A DNA stretch of 64,000 nt from positions 213,590,001 to 213,654,000 of the forward strand of contig OZ024743.1 in assembly GCA_964016885.1 (NCBI GenBank). Direction: 5' to 3'. This document shows positions 53,551 through 64,000 of the stretch, piece after piece. The DNA is from Eledone cirrhosa. Lineage: Eukaryota. Position 1 is the stretch's first letter. The number at the start of each line of letters is the position of its first letter. The position numbers and the translations under genes are program-made. Under the pieces are notes generated by a model, which had not been told where the DNA came from, did no database searches, and saw only the letters and a list, made by a program, of their open reading frames with translations.

Positions 53551-54540
53551 AACATTTCGAATGCCTTTCGCTATGAATTTAAGGGAGTGACTATAGTCAC
53601 ATACCCAGCTTCAGCAAAAACAAATGGGAATAACCGACGCGTTTGACACCATTTAGCAGTTGTCAAGATATATATACACACAAGTCGTCACTCCATATAT
53701 ATATATACAATAGTTTTGTATGTATTATTATATACGAGAGTTAATATACATATATAACCTTAACACATATATACGTATAGGTGCGTACAGGTAGTGTGGT
53801 TTGTCCCTAGACCAACGTTCGTTGAAATGTATGTGTATAGAAAGATAGATATGATAGAAAGTGAAAAGAATTGAACGAAACTGATTTTAGAGTTGATCAA
53901 CATAAATGACAGTAATAATATATGGGCCATAAGAGACGAACGTTACTGTCAACGGCGAGGATATACATTTTACAAACTTCTCACTCACTTTTGTTATTTT
54001 TGGCAATTGGAATGTTTTCAAAATTTACAAACTTTTCGACAAGATATATAATTTAATACTTATTCTATAATTGAATTTATTTATATATAGTACGCATAAT
54101 CAATACTTCGCTCACATATCACTAGGGCTTCAGTCTTATAGTCCATCAATCCCGTTATCCCATCATCGCTTCGAGCAGAATCGTGGTACATGATGTATAT
54201 TGTATATAAATTATAGCAAAATATTCATATATTCTTTACTACCCAATGGTGTGAATGTAAGTCACATCCACAGGAAAATATATGGACTTTTTACCTAATA
54301 CTGAATACATACATACATGCATACATACCTATATTCATACATACATACTTACACTCATATATAAATATTTCTATATACATAATATTTACATGTGTGTGTG
54401 TGCGTGTATATATATACACAGTACGCACACACACACACACACACACGTATAGATATATATGTAGCATATATATATGTAGCATATATATATGTAGTATATA
54501 TAATGTATTAGTATATATATATATATATATGGTATATATA

Positions 54541-54580
<40 letters not shown>

Positions 54581-55167
54581 CATACACATATAATTTCAGG
54601 TTTTGCATCGACGTAGTAGTTGCATCTTGGCATTATCTGATGCACAATGATTTCCTCCATCAGAATAAACTCACCATGAGAAATATATAGACCGAGTATG
54701 TGCCGGTTATAATATGTAACAACAACAACAACGAATACCAAAGGGTTAATAATTTCTAAACCGGAGCGTCACGGTTGTTTAACCTTCTGATGTGCAGTCA
54801 CAGACCGCAAGTGTATCTAACAGTTAATTTCATTTAATTAGACAGGTGGATGTATATTTCAACGAGGTATCTACGCTATTGTGATATATACATATAAATC
54901 TGGTACATATTCAGAACAGAAGGTATATAGAACGTAATTCACCTCCTCTTTTATATCTGTATTCTGAATATTAAGACATTTTCTCTTTCTCAAATCAACT
55001 GAAGGAAAATATTTCTGTTCTTCTTTGTGATTTTGAACCAAACATCCTTTCTTTTGATTAAAACGGCAGTCGTACCAAACGTTTCCATCCTTGAAATTAG
55101 AGAACGGTTTGCAAGATTAGCAAATAAAAATATCTCTTACTAGTAAAAAAAAAGATGATAGTAGTTA

Positions 55168-55389
55168 AAATTATTTCTAGTATAGGCACAAGGCCAGTAA
55201 TTTGAAGGGAGGAGGGTAAAGTCGATTAAATCGGCTCCAATACGTTACTGTTGCTTTATTTTATCGGCCCTGTAAGGATGAAAGGTGAAGTTAACCTTGT
55301 GGGATTTGAACACAGACCGCAAAGGGCTATAACTCTATGCTGCAAAACATGCTCTCCGACTCTCTGCTGATACTGCCAATTCACTGCCG
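55168..55389 (-). mobile_element. tRNA-derived SINE
   Basis: Same family as the 51000 copy. Confidence 0.78.
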
Positions 55390-57467
55390 TCGATAGCAGT
55401 TAAAATAAAAACAAAACAACAAAAAAGAAGCGAAAAAAAAAAAAAGAAACAAAAACAAATACAACGACGAAAACACAGGCAATAAAAATATGCAATAACG
55501 AAATGTAGATGCAACCACAACCGTTACCTATCTACCTATTTAGAACTGCAACATTGAATGTCAGATCTCTTAAAGTCCATCCTTTCTCCTGTATATAATT
55601 TTAGTTTTTGGGGCTATGAAAGAAAATTAAAATTTATTGAAAGAAACTCTATTCATTTACTTTCCTTAAAATACGACACATCAATGATAAATGTTAAGAA
55701 AGTATTTACGGTTATTATCTATTTTAAAGAAAAATATGATTTATAGCCCATATTTTCAACGGCATAGATTGTTTAATTTAACTTCAAAATTAGAAGTGCT
55801 GTCTTTCCTTAAAACATACGGGAAGAAAAAATAGCCTTTATGTTTCTTATATTAAAATATATTACTTCTTTAGTTGGCTATTTGTTATTCTCTTTCTTTT
55901 CACACACACGCGCGCGCGCACACACACCGCATACACAAACACATCCATATACACACTCACCACACACAAATATATATATATATATATATGTATATTTGTA
56001 AATATGTATTTATGTATATGAGCATACATAAATATACGCACACATACACACATATATATATATATATGAATATATATATATATGTACGTGTGTGTGGCTG
56101 TTTGTGTGTATGTGTTTGTATATACATATATATAGAGGCACACCCATTCCCACTCCTATACACACATACGCATACACAGACACACACACGCACACACACA
56201 CGTACACACACATGCACACACACACACGTACACACATGTACACACATACATGTATACACACACACATATACGTGATGCATTGTTATGAATATTATCATAG
56301 CTATATTATCGGTGTAAATAGTTTTTAAATATTCTGGCGTCAGCATTTCTTTAATAATTTCTCATCTATTCACAGATGAAAGTAATTTCTCAGAATTCTA
56401 TTATTGCTCTCATTTTAACAGTGCATCATGTAGAAAGAGCGTCGCCATAATGTTTTTCTGAATAATTTTATTTTACTTATGTGCTTCTTAACATCAATGA
56501 TAATGACATAAATGTAATTTGCCCCCCCCCCCCCCCCCCCACAAAAAAACAAACAATCAAAACAAAACAAAACAATCTAAAGAAAGCAGTATTTTGATAA
56601 TCACTCTATAAAGATGATTTCTTTTAACTAAGTTGAAGACCAATTCCTGCAGGTTAGGAATAATATGGATTAAAATCATCATAATTTATTATAATTTGCA
56701 ACTTTGAGCCAAGTTACAAATTTCTGTATGAAGTTATATGATAGACGTTAATGTCTCTTAAATACCACCCTCCTCGCTTTAAAAGGGTATAAACAGGGTA
56801 ATGTGTTTTATAGATGAGTTGTTGTTAAATAACAAAAATAAATGACAATTATGAATTATAGAAAATTATCGAGCATTATACAGGTCACTACTTATTTACA
56901 TGGACCATATACCTGCTTAATACGACGTAGTTTCGGTGTTACTCACGAACAATACCCTTTACGACAGGGTAGGCACTATATGCGTTTGCCCAATGTACTC
57001 GAAATAGATGACGAATCTCCCTTAAATCAAAACCTGCCATCTTAACAAGTTACATGTTTAACGTAACTCTAAAGACAGTATATCTAAAGTCAGAAGTTTT
57101 GGTAACGCATTTGACAATAAATCAATTTCATCAATATCGCTCTGGGTTTATATATCAACAGCAGCAATTAATAACAATCTTATTGATTCAAATAGCCTAA
57201 AGCCTACAATTCATTCGACGAGAAACTACAATACAAAAGGTACAAATCAACAATTTAGTATAGCGCCCTACCATGATACCCAAGACTATCAAATATAGCT
57301 AAGTGGTAATATCTGTAGATTAGTAATAAAGCATCATTGCTTACATGTGTCGGTATAAAACATTGTGTAACACGATTGACTCTATGCATTACAGGTTCAA
57401 TCCTTCCAACGGTGTTCCCTCTACCTAATTACCTCCTAAAGTATAAGCCGACACTAGACTATAATAA

Positions 57468-57560
57468 AAGACATTCGCTAAAGTTGCCACGCAATGGGAT
57501 CGAACCTGGTAGCTAATCAATGCAAAGCGAATTTCTTAGCCATTGGGCTCACCTGCGTCT
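57468..57560 (-). mobile_element. 5' fragment of a second tRNA-derived SINE family
   Basis: B-box-like ggttcgatccc on the minus strand within gccacgcaatgggatcgaacc. Confidence 0.45.
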
Positions 57561-57619
57561 ACCATGAAATACGCGGCTAATGTCAGTACATCAATATACT
57601 AGAAAAAGTGATAGATATA

Positions 57620-58000
57620 TGAAATTCTAATATAGAGGAAAATTAATCCTGGACAATCGAAGATAAGAGAATTGATGAAATAAAACTTACTTTCAAGTAC
57701 TTAGGTATCTCTACACAAGACGAAGTAAAATATATAGAAATGAGACAAACATTTAGAACAGTATATTGTAAACGCAAGAACATTAGATTCACAAAGGGCT
57801 AAATGCAAGGATAAAAGTAAAAGTAACAGAGAAATAGGTTATACTATATTCAATTTGACTGCTAAATGAAATATTCAGACCAGATATAAAGATAAGAGGA
57901 ATGGCTGAGTGTAGAATATTCAATACGAAATTTACATTGAAGAAACCAACAGAATTAAAAACAAACCCTGAAGTTACATATAGTTGTAAGCATTAAGGAA
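57620..58000 (+). pseudogene. Highly decayed non-LTR RT C-terminal fragment
   Basis: EIKLTFKYLGI (RT domain 7-like motif) at ~57677-57710. Confidence 0.35.
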
Positions 58001-59361
58001 TATCTATAGAACACGTTGTAAAATGATAACATTTAAGCTCTCATCATGGAAACAACCTAAAAACCAAACAGGTAAAATATGATGATAATTAATGCGAAAA
58101 ATGTATTCTTAAATATAAGATATAATCAAGTGGAAGATTGAAACATCAGTGATGGCACTATGTGAGTGACCCACATACTTTCTGATAAAAGCGAGCTTAA
58201 ACCATGCACAATAGCACAATCAATGTGGGAATATTAATTCATATACTATATAAGTGAGTTAGAGAAGACTATTAGTATTTACTCTTCAGCAATACTTTGC
58301 AATATATTTATGCACGAAGCAGAATTATTATCTCTAAATCTAAAAACTTAATGAATTATAATCAGTGTAAATCTTCGTCATCTCAGATAACTTTATTGAT
58401 TTATACGATGAAAGTGTATTTTGTGTCCATTTGACATGCGAGTTCCTAGCTTCAACAGGAAACATAGCTATATATTTCTTTTCAATAGGAACAAACGAAC
58501 ATGAATTGTCTTTGGAAGAGAGAGGGGGAATTGAATATATGAGAGATTCATAATTACATAAATATATATTTTAATGTAAGTGAATTGGAATTCACGAACT
58601 AGTGAAAAATCGATGTGGATTTACCTTATAGGATGTCTACTGCCAACACGCAATAGGTTGCTAACTAATAAAATGTTTTAACTAGCTCTATGACATAGAA
58701 AATTCATGGTTTTGTAATTCATTTGGCAATTACTTCCATCCAATTACAATAAAAAGGTATTACAAGGCGTGATTTGTTAGTTTGAGATTTGAGTTAGATT
58801 TTAATTTATATAAGTAAATTCCTTCTACGTTTTGCATTTTATTTGAAAATCTGAGTTTTTTATACTTTACGTAGATTCCTCATATGCGTTTTGAAGTTTT
58901 GGAGGGTAATAATATACTAATATTCTATTAATCCTCGTATATGTCTATGATATTTTACATATGCCTATTTATAAAAGCGTAGTTTAGAAGTGTAACGCTG
59001 ACTTTAAGTGATATGGTACTTGGAATACAGAACGCCACGATTTTCCATTACTTTACATATCTATCCTTTATAAAAATTCATCATTACATAATTTAAACAG
59101 AATTATTTACCCATTATTCTTCTTTAGTACCGTAACTCTCAATGGAGTCGTAGGGTCGCCGTAGTGGCATAAGGCGTTTCTTGGGCATTTTAAATCTGGC
59201 GGAACCCATCCCTCTCTAGGTCTGAACACAGCAGATTTCTTCCATAGAAGAACATAAAGTGTGCGTGTGTATGTCTGTGTGTGTGAGATAGAGAGAGAGA
59301 TAGAGAGGGAGAGTGAGTGAGAGAGAGAGTGTTAAAGTGAGAAAGAGATATAGAAGAATCT

Positions 59362-59508
59362 ATCCCAGTACTAGACGACTACTTTTTAATCGACTTCGAA
59401 AAGATGAAAGGCAATGTTGACCCCGGTGGGATTTGAACTCAGAGAGCCGGAACGAATATTGCAAAGCATTCTATCCGACATTCTAACGGCTCTGCCAATT
59501 CCCCGCCT
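59362..59508 (-). mobile_element. tRNA-derived SINE, decayed
   Basis: gatgaaaggcaatgttgaccccggtgggatttgaactcag..tctgccaattccccgcc. Confidence 0.72.
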
Positions 59509-60504
59509 CTCCCTCTTATTACGACACTAAAAAAGCAACCTGACATCGTTCTTGCCGTTTGAGATCTCATGCAGATGTTTGAAACCAGACGGCAGGCTCA
59601 TCTTGCGATGCTGTAGTCGCAACTTGTTCTTGAACAAGTACATTCTTGATAAAATGTTCACATTAACTATCGATCATTAAATGTGCAATTATATTAAAAC
59701 TGTGTGTGATAGTTAGATCAACATATAGGAATTGCCTGAAGCATATTTTAGATAGTGATATTTCTATAAATAAATGAGTTCTGTATATCGATTTAGATCA
59801 TTATCTAATTGCATTTTATAAATTCATATGGGAAAATAAATCACAAACCATTCAACTTATCGGTGGTCACTTTTACGTTATTGGCGTAGGACTGTTGATA
59901 TTTTTCCAGTGCGACATTATGCAATTAAAATAGACAAGAACAAATATATAAAACTTTTTAATTGATGATAATCAAATATTAATTTTTAGAAAAATTAATT
60001 TCATGAATTGAACTTGGTAGGAAATCACCTACCATTTGTAAAATTATTACTTTCTTTAGACGAAAGCGTAGATGGTACATGATTAGTACACCGTTCACAT
60101 TTATTTTACTTAAGAACATACCCAGAGACATATTACGAAAGCAATGTAAAAAGGTTTTGAAACAAAAAATTGAAAGTTTAGTCGGGTCGAATCTATTGAT
60201 GGCTTTAAAGGATATCTCGACGAGGTTAATTCATTTGATGTTCAGCTTCAAATGTAGTGCTAAGGTTTCTGGTAAATCTCTGCTTTGAAGTTGATTTGAT
60301 GGTCACAATACACATTCGAATTGATGGTACTGTTCGTGGAAAGCAGCTCTTAAATGATAACACTCACCCAATGCCACCGACTTGAAAGCATAACCTTCTT
60401 AGATTGACGTTCTTCTTTGGTGATTGTTTATGGTGGTTTATCGTACTTCTATGATAGTTTCCACTTCACATTTATGTAGACGATCCCATTTCAAGTTTTT
60501 GTTT

Positions 60505-60800
60505 CTCCTCGACCAGAACTCGTTTCTGCTGCTTCTGGATATTGACTTTATGGCTTTGATCCTCGTCTTCCTAGTGACTAATAGTTGTTTCATGAGATTG
60601 TAGATAGATGTGCCCACAAAGCCTCTGGCTTCAATCCCTATGGCAAGAATTTGACTCGGAAGTCGGCTTCCTTCAGGTTGTTGGCCAAACTAGTGAATCT
60701 TTTGGTCGTAAACATGTGTGCTTCTTCTAATCTACTTGCGAATAACACAGTAATTTCAATCAAAATCAGCTGTTTTGATGAACAGGAATGTATATATTCA
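60505..60800 (-). pseudogene. C-terminal restriction-like endonuclease fragment of a HERO/NeSL-type (R2 group) retrotransposon
   Basis: On minus strand: SKQLILIEITVLFASRLEEAHMFTTKRFTSL, then (shifted frame) GIEARGFVGTSIYNLMKQL..KAIKSIS; resembles the LIELTVPWE..EEAHERK..KY..L..EVGARGF consensus. Confidence 0.7.
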
Positions 60801-60904
60801 TATATGAATATTCTCTCTATAAATAAGCATTACTCTATGAATCCTATAAGAATCTCCTTTCCATTACAGTTCCAACTTTTCTTTCTTTTCCAATGATTAT
60901 ATAT

Positions 60905-60990
60905 ATACAGGGTGTCTCCAAAAAAATGTATACACATATTTATTAGAATGCTGTTGACATGTGTTTATATATTTTTTGGGACACCCTGTA
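60905..60990. mobile_element. Tc1/mariner-derived MITE (~86 bp)
   Basis: TA-CAGGGTGTCtCCAAAAAA..TTTTTTGGGACACCCTG-TA; terminal inverted repeats with TA flanks. Confidence 0.8.
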
Positions 60991-61236
60991 GATATCATGA
61001 GAATTTGAAAGAAGCATCAACAGTATTTGACTATGATCTACAGTCTTATATGTTGGGCATATAAACCTCGAAAACGGAAATAATTTGTGTAGCACCGCAG
61101 TTATATCTGAAAAAGTATAGTATTGATAACCGAAACTACACAAACGCATATAAATATATACACTTATCTTATTTTTAGGTATGTAAACATGCCAGAAAAT
61201 ACGAATTTCCATGCAAATTGGAAAACTGATAAACAA

Positions 61237-61780
61237 TATAGGGGCGAGATTAAAGGAACAATGGCGAGAACTTAAGGAGGAGAAAAGCTCCTCAGTGCTA
61301 TGTCAACATGCCAAACTAGATCACAAGCGCTAAATAGATAACAGAGAAATAAAGATCCTAACCACACATAGAACTGATGCAACATTCAGATAAATAAAGG
61401 AACCCTCTCACATTATGAAAAATATTACAAGCCTGAACAGAAAACACGAGTTGAATAATAACAATCCACAACTTAGTGATTGAAGACAGAATAAAAGCAG
61501 AACAAGAAAAACAACAAACGATACAAACCAACATACACAAATAAAGCACACGTAAACACAAAACACATAAACACAAAAACCACATACACACACAGGGGGA
61601 CGCAGGGGCAAACGCAAGATGGTGTAGAAGTTTAAGACCAGGAAAAAGAGGAGGCACACACACACACATATATATATATATATCAAGGAAACAAGAAACG
61701 ATCGAAGAATATGCATTAACATGAAGTAGTATCAGTTTAACGCTTAAATGAGAGTGAGTGACATAGGAAACATATCGAGC
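61237..61780 (+). mobile_element. Decayed PLE 3' end, family related to 42063-45462
   Basis: IGARLKEQWRELKEEK..SVLCQHAKLDH..LNRKHE parallels IGERINEHWRDLQDSK..SVLYQHAKIEH..LNRKYE; similar UTR (caagatgg). Confidence 0.72.
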
Positions 61781-61793
61781 ATTTGTCCCCCCC

Positions 61794-61829
<36 letters not shown>

Positions 61830-62600
61830 TTATAAATGTATATATATGTTTGTGTGTACACACACATACATACATATATGAACTTTTTTCTGTTAAGTAT
61901 TACTCTATGAATTCAATAAGAAAATCCTCCCCATTACAGATCTTACATTTATTTATTTCTCAATGATTATATTTGCCACTCCACTACAGATAAAATAGCC
62001 AAATGCACCCCCCCCCCCCTCCTCACACACATCTCTCTCTATATATATACATAAACACTTTTAAATTTTCCTCAGGCAAATACGCAAATGGATGAGCTCA
62101 AGATTAGACCCCGTTAAATTTAATACCAAAATATATTTTCACGAGATCTGACACGTATAACATACCGCCGCAAGAAATATAGCAAAGAGCTCTCCATTTT
62201 CTATTGTAGACACATCTACACATCCACAAACATACCCACATCCTCATGCACAGATACCTATATATGCACAAACACGCGCACACACATATGTATGCATATA
62301 TGTATGTATTATGTATGTATCTATCAATATCATATATATATATATATAAATATACACCCACACACACATATATATATATATATATATACATATATATGTA
62401 TGTAGTATTTTTATCTTTATTTATATGACTCTATATGTATGCATGTATATATATATATATATATATATAAAGTTTGCTAGACATCTAGTTAGATGCGTAC
62501 ATATATATAAGATACGCTGTGGTAAAAACCAGCTAGACCTTAAGACACCAGAGTACTCGATACTTGGGGTTGTAGTGCAGGTAATATGAAAACATTCAGG

Positions 62601-62694
62601 ACCTCGACTGCTGAGCTCTGGCCGTTTCGACAGCTAGATTCGAGCTAAAGCGCCAGTATTCGAACGGCAGAAATCTAGCTGAACGCCTCAAGGT
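62601..62694 (-). ncRNA. Degenerate hammerhead of the same family as 15676-15785
   Basis: On minus strand: acc-TTGAGGC-gttcagctagatt..aatctagctgtc-GAAA-cggccagagctcagcag-TC-gaggt. Confidence 0.55.
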
Positions 62695-62749
62695 GTTTAG
62701 TCCATATATAGGCAGACATTCTATGCAAAAAAAAGTCTCAAAACTTCCC

Positions 62750-63975
62750 TTGCTTTTTTTTCTTTTCTCCGGGAATGCTCAGTGATGGGGTGGGGTGGGG
62801 CATGCTCTGTTCAAATGGCTGGATTAGTCCTGATATATCCCGATACAAGTCTTGAATTATCGAGTTTTATTACACTCATGGCGGCAAGGAAAGGGGTTTA
62901 GAAATGATGAAAAGCAGGAGGAAATTGGTGAATAGACTTATTGACCTGAACATGGCATTGTACGTAACTACATTAGGTTAAAAAACAAGCAAAAAAAACA
63001 AAACAAAAAAACAACGAGAGAAATTTTAATTTCGGCGTATTTAGATCAAAGGGAATAGTGTAGTGTATTTATGTGTTTGTTAAGTTGCTCTTTATTGACG
63101 ATTTGCTAAAAAGCTTAACATTTATAATTCATTACTATCTCCCTCGTAGAGAAATCTAGTTACAGAAATCTAGTTACCAATTGCTCTATGGTCCGGGAAA
63201 AGCGCCTGGTTCACTAATTTACTTTTTTCAAACACCAATAAATCTACCGTTAATCATAAAGATAGTTCTACTTATTTTGGATCTCATGCTATCGAAAGTT
63301 AGTTAAGAATCTATTGTATTATGAATTTTTGCTAACACTATAGTTTATGTGATGCTGCTTACGTTCGGTGTATAATAGTACACATTTACTCTATATACCA
63401 GGCGTGCCATTGCTGCAGTACAGGAATGGTGTCGTTTAAATTTATGCCTCGTGCTTAAGCTGTGAGTAATAGGTCTGTGCATGTATTATTGCTATCTAAT
63501 CGGCTGGTCCTAAAGAGCAATATGTATATGTTTACAATAATGAAAATATTCTATTTCTACCTAAATCCTTAGGAAAAGGACAAGTGTGCTCAGGGCTTCC
63601 TCTATCTTAGTGTGTATGTAAGTAGGACTTCTACCCACCTGGATCGCTATTCCCTTTGACATAAATACGCCGAAATTAAAATTTCTCTCGTTGTTTCTTT
63701 CTTTTTGAAACTAATGTAGCTAAGTTCAATGCCATTTTTATAGATTAAAATTATTTGATAAGGTAGAATTCTCTCTCAATTGCGTATGTACGACTGACTA
63801 GCTTAACATCTTCAGGTGAATAGGTCTAGTCCCCCATTTCCACCTGCTTTTCATCATATCTAGCCCGTTTCTTTGTCGCAATGATATACCAGGATATAGC
63901 CGGAATAAACCATCCATTGGAATAAAGCACCCCCCCCCCGATCACTGACCACTCCCGGATAGAAGCAAAAAAACT
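62750..63975. repeat. Diverged long inverted repeat (arms ~62750-63060 and ~63646-63975), foldback/MITE-like
   Basis: aacaacgagagaaattttaatttcggcgtattta is mirrored at ~63662-63695; atgatgaaaagcagg is mirrored at ~63843-63857. Confidence 0.8.
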
Positions 63976-64000
63976 AAACAAAACAGCCCAAAACAAAAGG

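Noticed and set aside
53633-53669. Minus-strand TTGACAA..CAAA-cgcg-TC hammerhead
   Set aside because: G12 is missing and stem II is weak; at best a decayed copy
54787-54820. CTGATGT-gcagtc aca gaccgc hammerhead-like segment
   Set aside because: A9 and GAAA are absent, and there is no stem I

Overview
AT-rich eukaryotic intergenic or intronic DNA with no recognisable host exon. The SINE and RTE-tail sequences resemble, from memory, those of octopod cephalopods. The window is dominated by retroelements sitting in (TA)n/(TC)n microsatellites. These include at least five Penelope-like elements (PLEs) with RT and/or C-terminal GIY-YIG coding remnants, three of them large fold-back (inverted-arm) insertions. 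There are also several non-coding pLTR remnants, one apparently intact full-length L1/Tx1 LINE (ORF1+ORF2), decayed Tx1, RNase H-bearing, RTE-like and HERO-like fragments, tRNA-derived SINEs and a mariner-type MITE. The most notable signal is an unusually dense and diverse set of type I hammerhead ribozyme (HHR) motifs, folded by eye. About a dozen distinct motifs show recurrent non-canonical features: a U3-A8 core, a CCGANGA (U4C) core, 50-90 nt stem II insertions and non-Watson-Crick 10.1/11.1 positions. A ~550-bp non-coding HHR-bearing tandem/inverted unit (retrozyme-like) is present, and kb-long (TA)n arrays have G/C interruptions polarised relative to the adjacent PLE 3' ends. All folds and homologies were assessed by eye; no searches were run.
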